This document shows positions 23,119 through 33,496 of a DNA stretch of 64,000 nt, in pieces. The DNA is from an uncultured delta proteobacterium (GTDB taxonomy: Bacteria > Myxococcota_A > Polyangia > Palsa-1104): positions 64,001 to 128,000 of the forward strand of contig CAWAWS010000047.1 of assembly GCA_963785725.1 (NCBI GenBank). The letters run 5' to 3'. The position numbers and the translations under genes were made by a program. Position 1 is the first letter of the stretch; each line of letters begins with the position of its first letter. The notes under the pieces are model-generated. The model saw nothing but the letters and a program-made list of their open reading frames with translations, was not told where the DNA came from and did not search any database.

Positions 23119-24696
23119 ATGCGTCTCACGCTCGCCTGCGCCGCGCTGTCGGCCTTTGCGTTCGCCGGAACCGCCCACGCGCAGACCGCTACCGCCTCCG
23201 GCACCTGCTCCGGCACCGACTCGTCGGGCGGCATGATCGCCGGAACGGTCGGCCTCGCCGTCCCCGGCAGTGACGGGACGACGTTCTCGAGCGTCGCGGC
23301 CGCGTCGGTCCCCTACGTCTTCGGCGCCGCCGAGTGCGAGTGCACACCCGACGAGAGCGACCAGATCAACCTGGAAATCCAGCTCACCTCGGCGTTCGGA
23401 AACTCGGACACGCCAGCCACCGTCGAGGTTTGGGTCGGCTCGGGCTGCGACACGTACACGACGCGCACGACCGTCGGCGAGACGGTATGCGAGAAGCTGA
23501 CGACCGGCATCCCGCAGTTCACCAACTTCACGACGGCGAGCAACGCCGGCCTGCTCATTCACATCCCGATCCCCGGCAACGCCCTGACCGCACCCGTGAC
23601 GCACCAGTGCACGACGGCCACAGTCAGCAACTCGATCTACGTCTTCATCTTCAACGATCCGACCATGCCGAGCGCGTCTTGCACGCTCACTGGCATCACC
23701 GAGCAGGGCCAGCCGCCGACCGCCGTCACCGGCATCACCGCCGGCTCCGGCGACGGCTCGGTCACCCTGACGTGGACCGCGCCGCCGCAAAACAGCTTCA
23801 GCCCGGCCGGATATCAGGTCCTCTGCACCGACGACTGCGGCAACGTCATCAAGCCCTCGCATTCGGCGGCGCAGTATTCGACCTGCGTCAACGGCGTTCT
23901 GCAGCGGCGCACGATCCCGACCGGTGGCTCGCTGCCGACGACGGGTGACGCCGGCGTCGCGACGACGGGTGACCTCGGGACCTTCTCGCTCACCGGCCAA
24001 ATCGACCCCGCAGCCGAGCCTGAAGCGACACCGGCCGCGGAGCCGGCCATGGGCTGCGGCGGCGACGGCGGAACCTCGTTGTTCAGCGGCGACATGGCGT
24101 CCGCGACAAACGATATGGGCACGACGGTCAACAACAACGGCCCGCTCACGAACATGGATCCGAAGTTCATCTGCTCGGGCATGATCGGCGCCACCGGCAA
24201 CTCGGCGCGCATCACCGGCCTGACCAACAACACGCGCTACCACTTCACCGTGCTCTCGTACGACTTCTACGGCAACGCGTCCGCCTCCGCCGTCGTCGAC
24301 GCCATCCCGCAGCCGACCGAGGATCTCTATCGCCGCTATCGCGACTCCGGCGGCGCCGCCGGCGGCTGCTTCATCGCCACCGCCGCGTTCGGCTCGTACG
24401 AAAGCGACTGGGTCTACATCTTGCGCGACTTCCGCGATCAGGTGCTCTTGCCGAGCGACACCGGCCACGCGTTCGTCAACTGGTACTACGCCAACAGCCC
24501 GCCCGGCGCCGCGTGGATCGCCGAGCGCCCGTGGGCGCGCGCCGTCACGCGCGTTCTCCTCTTGCCGTTCATCGCCGGCGCGTTCTTCTGGGTCTACTTC
24601 GCGGCCTGGCAAAAGGCGCTCTTCATCTTGCTGCTGGCGGCGTTGGTCATGCGTAAGCGCCTCGCGGCCGCGATCGAGCGAGGACAGCGCGCGTGA
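23119..24696 (+). CDS. Exported Cys/Thr-rich protein with a split fibronectin type III-like domain and CFI-box-CTERM tail
   Basis: Signal peptide from ATG 23119. FN3 halves AGSGDGSVTLTWTAP and ITGLTNNTRYHFTVLSYDFYGNAS. Tail GGCFIATAAFGS...LRDFRDQVL...FVNWYYANSPP followed by TM helices. Confidence 0.8.
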   Translation: MRLTLACAALSAFAFAGTAHAQTATASGTCSGTDSSGGMIAGTVGLAVPGSDGTTFSSVAAASVPYVFGAAECECTPDESDQINLEIQLTSAFGNSDTPATVEVWVGSGCDTYTTRTTVGETVCEKLTTGIPQFTNFTTASNAGLLIHIPIPGNALTAPVTHQCTTATVSNSIYVFIFNDPTMPSASCTLTGITEQGQPPTAVTGITAGSGDGSVTLTWTAPPQNSFSPAGYQVLCTDDCGNVIKPSHSAAQYSTCVNGVLQRRTIPTGGSLPTTGDAGVATTGDLGTFSLTGQIDPAAEPEATPAAEPAMGCGGDGGTSLFSGDMASATNDMGTTVNNNGPLTNMDPKFICSGMIGATGNSARITGLTNNTRYHFTVLSYDFYGNASASAVVDAIPQPTEDLYRRYRDSGGAAGGCFIATAAFGSYESDWVYILRDFRDQVLLPSDTGHAFVNWYYANSPPGAAWIAERPWARAVTRVLLLPFIAGAFFWVYFAAWQKALFILLLAALVMRKRLAAAIERGQRA

Positions 24697-25553
24697 AACG
24701 TCTCGCTCTCGCTTCCTTCTTATTCTTGGCGCTCGCAGCGCCTGCGCACGCGCAGGACGAGAATTACGGCGGCGGTCCCGCCACCGAATTCGGCGAGAAC
24801 GCGCCGCACAACTACGAGTCCTCGCAGAACTTCGCGTTCGAGATCAAGCTCGGCCCGTACTCGCCCAACATCGATGGCTCGCCCGGATTGAACAAGCTCG
24901 GCGGCCATCCGTTCGCCGATCTGTTCTCGCCCGGCAAAGCGCGTCCGCCGGGCAAGCTCTTGACCCAGCTCGAGTTCGACTACGAGTTCTGGCACAAGTG
25001 GTACGGTAGCTTCGGTCTCGGCCACAACATCGGCTACTACCGCCGCACGGCGCACGCGCTCGAGTACAACGGCGGCAACCCGGCATCGCCCTGCGATCCG
25101 GTCGCGAACCAAAAGTGCGTCGGCTCGAGCGGCGACACGACGTCGCTCAACATCATTCCGCTCGAGCTCACGCTCAACTACCGCTTCGATCTGCTCGCGC
25201 GCCGCTGGCACATTCCCATCGTCCCTTACGTCAAGGTCGGTCTGGCCTACTACGTTTGGTGGATCGAGAACGGCGGCGGCTTCCTCTCGATCGCCAACTA
25301 CAAAAACGCCGCCGGCAAAACGACCGACACCGGCTGGGGCGGCACGCTCGGCTGGGTGCTCAACCCGGGCGGCATGTTCCTGCTCGATGTGCTCGACCCG
25401 ACCGCCGCGCACACGCTCGACAGCGAGCTCGGCATCAACCACACCTACCTCTTCTGCGAGCTGCACTACGCCGACATCACCGGCTTCGGCGCCAGCAACA
25501 AGATGAACCTCTCCGACGTCACGCTCAACGCCGGCCTCGGCTTCGAATTCTAA
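24693..25553 (+). CDS. Outer membrane beta-barrel protein, MXAN_2562-like
   Basis: Signal peptide, amphipathic strands, FEIKLGPYSPNID, LDSELGINHTYLF and C-terminal GLGFEF (BAM signal). Family name is from recall only. Confidence 0.75.
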   Translation: MKRLALASFLFLALAAPAHAQDENYGGGPATEFGENAPHNYESSQNFAFEIKLGPYSPNIDGSPGLNKLGGHPFADLFSPGKARPPGKLLTQLEFDYEFWHKWYGSFGLGHNIGYYRRTAHALEYNGGNPASPCDPVANQKCVGSSGDTTSLNIIPLELTLNYRFDLLARRWHIPIVPYVKVGLAYYVWWIENGGGFLSIANYKNAAGKTTDTGWGGTLGWVLNPGGMFLLDVLDPTAAHTLDSELGINHTYLFCELHYADITGFGASNKMNLSDVTLNAGLGFEF

Positions 25554-25577
25554 ACATCGCTATATAAGGTTGTTTAG

Positions 25578-26321
25578 ATGCGCCTGCGAATGATCGTCGA
25601 GTATGACGGCACCGACTTTTGCGGCTGGCAGCGGCAAGAGAACGGGCCCAGCGTGCAAGCCGCGATCGAAGACGCGCTGGCGACGATGGTGCAAACGCCG
25701 ACCGTCATCCGCGGCGCCGGCCGCACCGACGCCGGCGTGCACGCGCTCGGGCAGGTCGCGCACTTCGACTCCGACGCGCGCATTCCGCCGCTCGGCTATC
25801 AGCGCGGTCTGAACGCGATCCTGCCGCGCAGCATCGCCATTCACTCGGTGGTCGAGGCGGCGCCCGACTTCGACGCGCGCTTCTCCGCGCGCGGCAAGCT
25901 CTACCGCTATCGCATCTGGAACAGCCAGACGCGCTCGCCCATGCAAGAGCGGTATGTCTGGCAGCTGCGTCGTCCGCTCGAAGTCGCCAGCATGCAGGAA
26001 GGCGCACGCGCGCTCGTCGGCCGCCACGACTTCGCCGCGTTCCGCGCGTCCGATTGCGAGCGCAAGACGACGGAGCGCACGCTCGCTCGCGTCTCGGTCG
26101 AGCGGTCGCTCGAGGGCTCGGGCGAGCTCATCACGATCGAGGTCGCCGGCGACGCGTTCTTGAAGAACATGGTGCGCATCATCGTCGGGACGCTCGCCGA
26201 AGTCGGCTACGGCAAACGCGCCCCGACCGACGTGCAACGAATTCTCGACGGCAAGGATCGCCGGCAGGCAGGCGTCACGGCGCCGCCGCAAGGACTGACG
26301 CTCGTGCACGTCGATTATTAG
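25578..26321 (+). CDS. truA: tRNA pseudouridine(38-40) synthase
   Basis: YDGTDFCGWQRQ, GAGRTDAGVHA, FLKNMVRIIVG and TAPPQGL. Confidence 0.97.
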   Translation: MRLRMIVEYDGTDFCGWQRQENGPSVQAAIEDALATMVQTPTVIRGAGRTDAGVHALGQVAHFDSDARIPPLGYQRGLNAILPRSIAIHSVVEAAPDFDARFSARGKLYRYRIWNSQTRSPMQERYVWQLRRPLEVASMQEGARALVGRHDFAAFRASDCERKTTERTLARVSVERSLEGSGELITIEVAGDAFLKNMVRIIVGTLAEVGYGKRAPTDVQRILDGKDRRQAGVTAPPQGLTLVHVDY

Positions 26322-26339
26322 GTGATAGAATTTGGCGCG

Positions 26340-27236
26340 ATGAACCTGCGCAAGACCTTCTTCATCCTGCCCAACCTCTTCACGCTGTCGAGCGTGTTCT
26401 GCGGGTTCTTCGCGCTCACGCTGTGCTCCGGGCAGCCGACGATCGATAGCCTCTATCAGGCCGCCGTCGCCATCTGCTTCGCTTACTTCTTCGATCTCGC
26501 CGATGGTCGCGTCGCGCGCTTGACGAAGACGCAGTCCGATCTCGGGCTGCAGCTCGACTCGCTGGCGGACGTCATCAGCTTCGGGGTCGCGCCCGCGCTG
26601 CTCGTCTACAAATGGGGTCTGACGAGCTTCCATAAGTGGGGCATCTTCATCGCGTTCTTGTTCTGCGCCGCCGGTGCGTTACGGCTCGCGCGCTTCAATG
26701 TCCTCGCGATGCAGCACGACTCGGCCAAGCCCGGCAAGTTCATCATCGGCCTGCCCGTCCCCGCAGCCTCCGCCGTTCTCGTGTCGCTCGTGCTCTTGAA
26801 CCATCAGCTGGCCGGCTCCTACGTCGACGTCGGCCAGCCGGCGCTCGCGGCGCTCGTCGTCATCCTCGCGTATTTGATGGTGAGCCGCATTCGTTTCCGC
26901 TCGTTCAAAGACTTGCGCCTCACGCGCCGCACCATCATCGGCTTCGTCGCCATCGCCGCGTTCACGGTCGCCGTGATCGTCGGCCGCATGCACTCCGCGC
27001 TCATCTTCGTCGTGCTCATGGCCACCTATGTCGGCCTCGGATTGACCGAAGAGGTGTTCTTCTATCGTCGTCGCAAAGAGGAGGACGCGGCCGCCAAGGC
27101 CACGCATCCCGTGCACCTCGAAGCCGAAGGCGGCGCCAAGAACGACGAAGAAGTCTTGGCCGAGCTCGGCGCGTACGACTCCGACGAGGAAGAGCCGGCC
27201 ACACCGTCGTCGACGCTCGCGCCCCGTCGTTCTTGA
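26340..27236 (+). CDS. pssA: CDP-diacylglycerol--serine O-phosphatidyltransferase
   Basis: LPNLFTL, DLADGRVAR...GLQLDSLADVISFGVAPA and ALRLARFN. Confidence 0.92.
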   Translation: MNLRKTFFILPNLFTLSSVFCGFFALTLCSGQPTIDSLYQAAVAICFAYFFDLADGRVARLTKTQSDLGLQLDSLADVISFGVAPALLVYKWGLTSFHKWGIFIAFLFCAAGALRLARFNVLAMQHDSAKPGKFIIGLPVPAASAVLVSLVLLNHQLAGSYVDVGQPALAALVVILAYLMVSRIRFRSFKDLRLTRRTIIGFVAIAAFTVAVIVGRMHSALIFVVLMATYVGLGLTEEVFFYRRRKEEDAAAKATHPVHLEAEGGAKNDEEVLAELGAYDSDEEEPATPSSTLAPRRS

Positions 27237-27670
27237 TGCATCCGAACATCATCAGCGACGACGAAGCGCGCGTGGCCGAGCTCGTCCGCACGAGCCGTCG
27301 CGTCGCCGTGCTCGGCATCAAGACCGAGGCGCAAGCGAGCCAGCCGGCGTATTACGTGGCTGCCGGACTTCAGCGCGCCGGCGTCGAGATCATTCCGGTG
27401 CCCGTCTACTACCCGGACGTGACCGAAATCTTGGGGCAGCGCGTGTATCGCCGGGTTGCCGACGTGCCAGGCGCGATCGATCTCGTCGACGTCTTCCGGC
27501 GCTCGAGCGACGTCGCCGCGCATTTGCCCGACTTGCTCGCCAAGCGGCCGCGCGCCGTCTGGTTACAGCTCGGCATTCGCGATGACGCGACCGCCGAAGC
27601 GCTGGCCGAGGCCGGAATTCTCGTTGTGCAGGATCGCTGTTTGCTCGTGGAGCATCGGCGCTACGGGTAA
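27236..27670 (+). CDS. CoA-binding protein (YccU-like)
   Basis: RVAVLG, IDLVDVFRRS, VWLQLGI and VVQDRC; TGATG overlap with pssA. Confidence 0.9.
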   Translation: MHPNIISDDEARVAELVRTSRRVAVLGIKTEAQASQPAYYVAAGLQRAGVEIIPVPVYYPDVTEILGQRVYRRVADVPGAIDLVDVFRRSSDVAAHLPDLLAKRPRAVWLQLGIRDDATAEALAEAGILVVQDRCLLVEHRRYG

Positions 27671-27889
27671 CGCTCCGCTGGGGGTGTGCTGCGGCGCACG
27701 GCTGCGCTGCGCGCGGCTGCGCTGGCGCGCGTATGCTTTGGTTCGGCTGTTGGGCGCGATGACTTCGACTGGTGCGCTGCGCGGGCTTTTCGCGCTGGGG
27801 GCGCCGTGAGGCTACGAGAGCGCGGGTCCGGGCAGCATTTCTGAGGATTGCGCTCGATTGGGAGCGCGCGGGGGATTGCGGCTGGACGG

Positions 27890-28324
27890 TTAGCTGCGCT
27901 TTTTGGCGGGCGGCTTGTCGCCGGCAACGGCGGGTGGGGCGGTCTTGCCGCCGCCGTCGTCCCATTCGACGAAGATGCCGTACAGCACGCCGACGATCGG
28001 GGCCCAGATCGCGCCCGAGCGTAGCGGCAGCTGGTCGACGCCGACCTGGAGCGGCTTGACGTAGAGCTCGGTGTCGGGCGCAAAGTGCAGCCCCAACGCC
28101 GCCAAGCCCACGCCGATGCCGGCACCGACGATCAGCTTGAGGACCGGCGTCCAGATCGTCTCGGCCTTCCACGGCGCGCGCCCAGCCACGACACCGACGA
28201 GCGCACCGACGAGCCCGCACGCCAGATACGCGAAGACCGGCGAAAGCAGGCCGAAGTGCAACAGCCCGTAGCCGATGCCACCACCGACGACGAGTCCCTT
28301 GAGCAAGCCAACGATGACGCGCAT
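27890..28324 (-). CDS. Hypothetical membrane protein (about 4 TM)
   Basis: ATG 28324 preceded by AAGGAGG and TATACT; Gly-rich hydrophobic helices. Confidence 0.75.
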   Translation of the reverse strand: MRVIVGLLKGLVVGGGIGYGLLHFGLLSPVFAYLACGLVGALVGVVAGRAPWKAETIWTPVLKLIVGAGIGVGLAALGLHFAPDTELYVKPLQVGVDQLPLRSGAIWAPIVGVLYGIFVEWDDGGGKTAPPAVAGDKPPAKKRS

Positions 28325-28430
28325 GGGGAACGGCGCCTCCTTCGAACAGTATACTTGTTCTATAGCGCCATTATTCCCAGATGCACGGAGGAGCGAATTT
28401 TGCCGCGGAGAATTACGTGTCAGGAGCGTT

Positions 28431-29831
28431 TCAGGGCATCGGCGACAGGCCGTGCGCCAACAGCCGGTCAGGTGGCGGCACGACGGGGATCGCCGCCAGC
28501 GCCTGCAGCCGCGGCGCAATCACGTCGGCGAACTCCTGGCGATACTTGCCGTCGATCGAGGCTTCGCGCGCGGGTTTGAGCTTGAGCGGGTCCACGAACG
28601 CGCCATTGACGCGGACGCTAAAGTGCAAGTGCGGGCCCGTCGCCAATCCCGTCATCCCGACGTAACCGATGACCTGCTTCTGCCGCACCGACTGGCCGAC
28701 GGCCAAGCCACGCGCGAACTTCGACAGGTGCATGTAGGTGGAAGACATCCCATTCGGGTGATCGAGGATGACCGCGTTGCCAGCGCCGCCCCGCGGTCCC
28801 ACGAACGCCACGCGCCCGCCCGTCGTCGCCCACACCGGCGTGCCGAGCGGCGCCGCGTAATCGACACCAAGGTGCGCCTTTTCCGTGTGCAAAATCGGGT
28901 GGAAGCGATGGCGATCGAACGCCGACGACACGCGCACGTACTTGAGCGGCGTCTTCAGCATGCTCTTGACGATGCTCTCGCCGTGCTCGGTAAAGTAGCT
29001 GCCCTCTTGCGACCCGTTCGCCGGCTGGAACCAGAACGCGCGGAACGTCCCCGTGCGACCTGAATATTCCGCAGCCAACACGCGACCGTATTTGTAGAAG
29101 CGACCGCCCAAGAACTTCTTCTCGACGATGATCTTGAAGCGGTCACCGGCCTGCGAGTCGGTATAAAAGTTCAGATCCCACGCGAACGTGTCGACGAACC
29201 AGCCAACGAGCGTCGTCGATTCGCCGGAGCGCTTGATGGCTTCGTAGAGCGACGAGCCGATGACGCCGCCGATCTCGGCCTGGCGCACTTCGAGCGGCTT
29301 CTCGTCCTTCGTCGCTTTCCAGCCGTCGCCTTCGCGCACGACGTGATACGCGAGCGCCGGGCTGACGCGATACTCGAGCGAGCGCAGATGATCTTCGCCG
29401 TCGAAGCGCAGCGAGTAGCTGTGACCGGCGCGCACCGTGCGCAAGTCGAACAGCTTGTTCAGCGACGCGGCCACATCGTTGACTTGCTTCGGCGGCAGAC
29501 CATCCGCTTTCCAGCGCCGCTCGACGGTGTCGCTGTCGGCCATGACGCCCTCGACGACGCGCGCCTCCTCGGCCGTCGCGTCATCCGCCTTCGGTCGCTG
29601 CGCCGGCTGCGCGCTCGCGCCCGACGGCTGCGTCATGAGCGCCGACGCTGCCGACGGGTCATGCTTGGCCAGCTCCGTCGTCTTCATCAGCGCGCGCAGC
29701 GACGTTCCGCCACGTAGGAAGAAGAAGTAGACGTTCACTCCAATGAGCACGACGAACACCATGCCGAGGCGGACACTGCCCTGCCACGGGGATGCACGAC
29801 GTTTGCTGCGACGACCCTTCTGCGCGGGCAT
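28431..29831 (-). CDS. M23 family peptidoglycan DD-endopeptidase (MepM-like) with N-terminal TM anchor
   Basis: HLGVDYAAP, YMHLS and TGPHLHF; central FAWDLNF domain. Confidence 0.92.
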   Translation of the reverse strand: MPAQKGRRSKRRASPWQGSVRLGMVFVVLIGVNVYFFFLRGGTSLRALMKTTELAKHDPSAASALMTQPSGASAQPAQRPKADDATAEEARVVEGVMADSDTVERRWKADGLPPKQVNDVAASLNKLFDLRTVRAGHSYSLRFDGEDHLRSLEYRVSPALAYHVVREGDGWKATKDEKPLEVRQAEIGGVIGSSLYEAIKRSGESTTLVGWFVDTFAWDLNFYTDSQAGDRFKIIVEKKFLGGRFYKYGRVLAAEYSGRTGTFRAFWFQPANGSQEGSYFTEHGESIVKSMLKTPLKYVRVSSAFDRHRFHPILHTEKAHLGVDYAAPLGTPVWATTGGRVAFVGPRGGAGNAVILDHPNGMSSTYMHLSKFARGLAVGQSVRQKQVIGYVGMTGLATGPHLHFSVRVNGAFVDPLKLKPAREASIDGKYRQEFADVIAPRLQALAAIPVVPPPDRLLAHGLSPMP

Positions 29832-29935
29832 GAACTGGTCCTTCTAGCGGTTACCACGCACGCCGGAGCGTCGCCAATTTTTGCCAAAGATTCGCATGTT
29901 TGAACACGCGTTCAGTGCACGAGATGCGGCAGCCG

Positions 29936-31666
29936 TCACGTTTCGGCGCGCGCCCCGCGCAACAGCTCCTCGGCGTGTGCGCGCGCTTTGGGCGTCACCT
30001 TGCCGCCCAACATGCGCGCGATCTCCTCCTTGCGCTCGCTCGCCGACAGCTCGCGGACGATGGTGCGCACGCGGCCGTCGCTCTCCTGCTTCTCGACGCG
30101 AAAGTGGGCCACGGCGTGCGCGGCGATCTGCGGCAAATGCGTGATGCACACGACCTGCTTGTCCTCGGCGACCGCCCGAATCTGCCGGCCGACGACGTCC
30201 GCGACCGCGCCGCCGATTCCGGCATCGACCTCGTCGAACACGTAGGTCGCGACTTGATCGGCGCGCGACAAGATGCGTTTGAGCGCCAACATGATGCGCG
30301 ACAGCTCGCCGCCCGACGCGATGCGGTGCAGCGGTCGCGGCTCTTCACCCTTGTTCGCCGCGAGCTGAAATTCGGCGCGATCCCAGCCCGTCGGACCGAG
30401 CCGTCGACCGTCGAAGACGAGCGCCGCGTCGTCGCCCTCGCGCGCCGGCGCCGCCGTCACGACGGGCACGAGCCGCGCACCCGCCATCGCCAGCTCGGCC
30501 AGCGCCGCGCCGACCCGCGTTTGCAGCGTCCGCGCCGACTTCTCGCGCGCCTCGGTCAACGCGCGCGCCAACTTCTCCGCTTCCTGACGCGCGGCGCTCA
30601 ACTCCGTCTGCAGCTGCGCGCGCCGCTCTTCATGCGACGTCAATTGCGCCAGCTCCGCCGCCAACAGATCGCGACGTCGAATCAGCCCCGTCACGTCGGT
30701 CGCTTCCGCGCGATGCTTGCGCAGCAACTTCGCCAATAGGTCGGTGCGCTCTTCGACATACGAGAGCCGCTCGGGATCGGCGTCGAGCCCATCGGCATAA
30801 CGACGCAGATCGCGCGCGGCCTCCTCGAGCGTCACCCGCGCTTCGTCGATCGACTTGCCCACTTTGGCGAGCTCGGGATCGATGCGACCGAGCTCCTCGA
30901 GCTCGCGACCGAGCGCGCCCAGCTCGTCGGTGACGGCGCCTTCGCGCGCGTACAAAATGTCTTCGCCGCGACGGGCCGTCGACAACAGCTTGCCGGCGGA
31001 GCGCAGCCGCTCACGCTCGAGGCGCAGCTTCTCGTCTTCGCCTTCTTGCAGCTGCGCCTCGCCCAGCTCCTTCAGCTGAAAGCGCAGAAACTCCTCGCGT
31101 TCGATGCGCGTGCGTTCGTCGAGCGTCGCGGCCGACAGCGCGCGCGCCGCCGTCTCGACACGCCCGTGCGCAGCCGCCATCGCCGCCAGCTGCGGCTCGT
31201 GCATGCCGAACGCATCGAAGATCGACAGGTGCTGCGAGGGATCGCCGAGCGTCTGATGCTCGTGCTGTCCTGCCAGCTCGATGAGCACGCCCGCGACATC
31301 GCTCAGCGCCGCCGCTGTAGCCAGCACGCTATTAATGTAGACGCGCCCGCGCCCCGATTTTTGGATCACGCGGCGCACGATCAGACCTTCGTCGACGGGC
31401 GCGATCCCGACGTGACCGAGCCGCTGCAACAGCGCGTCCGCAGCTGGTCCGTGCGGGGGCTCGAAGATCGCCTCCACGCGCGCCTCTTCCGCGCCTGCGC
31501 GCACGACCTCCGCCGACGCGCGTCCGCCGCGCAACAGCGCCACCGCCTCGACGAGCAGCGACTTGCCCGCGCCCGTCTCGCCGGTGAGCACGTTGAATCC
31601 AGGGCCGAGCTCGATCTCAACGTCGTCGAGCAGCGCGAAATCGGTGATGCGCAGGTGCGTCAGCAT
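29936..31666 (-). CDS. recN: DNA repair protein RecN
   Basis: [31 protein letters not shown] and ITHLPQIAA. Confidence 0.97.
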   Translation of the reverse strand: MLTHLRITDFALLDDVEIELGPGFNVLTGETGAGKSLLVEAVALLRGGRASAEVVRAGAEEARVEAIFEPPHGPAADALLQRLGHVGIAPVDEGLIVRRVIQKSGRGRVYINSVLATAAALSDVAGVLIELAGQHEHQTLGDPSQHLSIFDAFGMHEPQLAAMAAAHGRVETAARALSAATLDERTRIEREEFLRFQLKELGEAQLQEGEDEKLRLERERLRSAGKLLSTARRGEDILYAREGAVTDELGALGRELEELGRIDPELAKVGKSIDEARVTLEEAARDLRRYADGLDADPERLSYVEERTDLLAKLLRKHRAEATDVTGLIRRRDLLAAELAQLTSHEERRAQLQTELSAARQEAEKLARALTEAREKSARTLQTRVGAALAELAMAGARLVPVVTAAPAREGDDAALVFDGRRLGPTGWDRAEFQLAANKGEEPRPLHRIASGGELSRIMLALKRILSRADQVATYVFDEVDAGIGGAVADVVGRQIRAVAEDKQVVCITHLPQIAAHAVAHFRVEKQESDGRVRTIVRELSASERKEEIARMLGGKVTPKARAHAEELLRGARAET

Positions 31667-31708
31667 GGGGTCTTGGTTTTATCGGCTAGCGCGGGCGAAA
31701 GTTGCTGA

Positions 31709-32560
31709 TTATTTTTCGCCCCAGTTCATTTTCTCGCGCAACACGTCGAAGTAGCTCTGCGGCGAGCGAAACAGACGCAGCGGCTGCGTCGCCGCCGAGA
31801 TCTCGACGCGATCGCCGTCCGCCAACGACGTGCCCCACTGTCCGTCGATCGTCAACATGATGTGCGCCGCCGACGACGCCAGCCGCACCATCACGCGCGA
31901 CGTGGCGGGCACGACGACCGTCCGATTACTCAGCGCGTGCGCGCAGATGGGCGTGACGACGAACGCTTGTACGCTGGGCGCGACAATCGGTCCGCCCGCC
32001 GCCAGCGTGTACGCCGTCGACCCAGTCGGCGTCGCCACGATGAGCCCGTCGGCGCGATAACGATTGATGAGCTTGTCGTCCAAGAACGCGTCGAGCTCGA
32101 TCAGACGCGCCAACGCGCCTTGGCTGAGGACGGCGTCGTTGCAGGCGTAGCGCGTGATGCGTTCGCCGCTGCCGCGAATGACGTCGCAGCGCAGTCGCAG
32201 ACGCTCCTCGAGCGGCAATTCGCCGGCGAGCGCCCGCTCGATCGCCGTCGTCGCATCGGCCGGCGAGCACGACGTCAAGAAGCCCAAGTGCCCCAAGTTG
32301 ACGCCGAGAATCGGCACTTTGCGATCGGCGACCAGCGACGCGCCATGCAGCAACGTGCCGTCACCGCCGAGCACGATCAGCAGATCGATCTGATCGTGCA
32401 GCTCGGACTCGTCGATGATACGCGCGCCGTGCGGCGACTGATCGTGGTTGCCGATGATGAACGGCTCGTGACCGCGCGCGCGCAGCCATTCCGCCAGCGA
32501 CGCGGCGATCTCCACCGCCTCGGGCTTGGCGCGCTTGAGCAGCAGGCCGACGCGACGCAC
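31709..32560 (-). CDS. nadK: NAD(+) kinase
   Basis: LGGDGT, GVNLGHLGFL, ND motif and DGLIVATPTGSTAY. Confidence 0.96.
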   Translation of the reverse strand: MRRVGLLLKRAKPEAVEIAASLAEWLRARGHEPFIIGNHDQSPHGARIIDESELHDQIDLLIVLGGDGTLLHGASLVADRKVPILGVNLGHLGFLTSCSPADATTAIERALAGELPLEERLRLRCDVIRGSGERITRYACNDAVLSQGALARLIELDAFLDDKLINRYRADGLIVATPTGSTAYTLAAGGPIVAPSVQAFVVTPICAHALSNRTVVVPATSRVMVRLASSAAHIMLTIDGQWGTSLADGDRVEISAATQPLRLFRSPQSYFDVLREKMNWGEK

Positions 32561-32575
32561 GAGCGGCAGTCTACG

Positions 32576-33496
32576 TCACTTCGGTTGAAACAGGTAACCC
32601 TGATGCTGATAGAGACAAATCGAGCCTGGACCTTCTTCGCGCGCCCGCTCCAGTGCGCGCGCGGCCATGCGCATCAAATCGCTCGCGTCGTTGACGTCTT
32701 TGCCGGGATAAAACGCGATGCCCATCGACACGACCGGCGAGAGCTCGTCCACTTTCGTGGCCGCCATTTCACGCCGCAAGCGATCGGCACAGGTCAGCGC
32801 GCCGACGAGATGCGTATTCGGCAACAGCGCTGCCAGCTCCGACGCGCCATAACGAGCGACGACGTCGATCTGACGCAGCGATCGCATCGTCGCCGCCGCC
32901 GTTCCTTGCAGCAAACGATCGACGAAGGTTCCGCCGCGCTGATCCATCAACGTGCGCCAACCTTCGACCGCCAACAAGATCAGCGACAAGGGATCGTTGT
33001 AACGCACCGAGCGCTTGAACTCCTCGTTGATGCGCTCGCCCAAGAACGCGCGATTGCGCAGACCGGTCGTCGCGTCGACGTGCGTGCGCGCTTCACTCTC
33101 GGCGCGGGCGACGCGCAATTCGTCGACGATGGCGCGCGTGCGCAGCAGCGCGCCGACCCGCGCCAACAAACGGTCGACATCGATCGGCGACGTCACCACG
33201 TCGTCCGCGGACGACAGCGCCTGCACGTGCGTCGCGACATCGCCGCGCGCAGTCACGAGGATCACCGGCATGAAACCGAGCTGCGTCTCGCTCTTCATGC
33301 GCGCCGCCATCGCCACGCCGTTCAGCCGCGGCGCGGATTCATCGACGATGACGAGCTCGTGTCGCTCGGCGCGCCACAGCGCGAGCGCCTCTTCACCGTC
33401 CGCCAACACGCGCACGCGATGGCCCGCTTCCGTCAGACGCCGATCGAGCTCGTCGCGCACCGGCGACGGCGGCTCGACGATCAGGATCGTAGACAT
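32576..33496 (-). CDS. Atypical receiver domain fused to a degenerate GGDEF domain
   Basis: REC-like N-terminus, DATTGLRNR; active site reads RYGASEL with RQID I-site upstream. Confidence 0.85.
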   Translation of the reverse strand: MSTILIVEPPSPVRDELDRRLTEAGHRVRVLADGEEALALWRAERHELVIVDESAPRLNGVAMAARMKSETQLGFMPVILVTARGDVATHVQALSSADDVVTSPIDVDRLLARVGALLRTRAIVDELRVARAESEARTHVDATTGLRNRAFLGERINEEFKRSVRYNDPLSLILLAVEGWRTLMDQRGGTFVDRLLQGTAAATMRSLRQIDVVARYGASELAALLPNTHLVGALTCADRLRREMAATKVDELSPVVSMGIAFYPGKDVNDASDLMRMAARALERAREEGPGSICLYQHQGYLFQPK

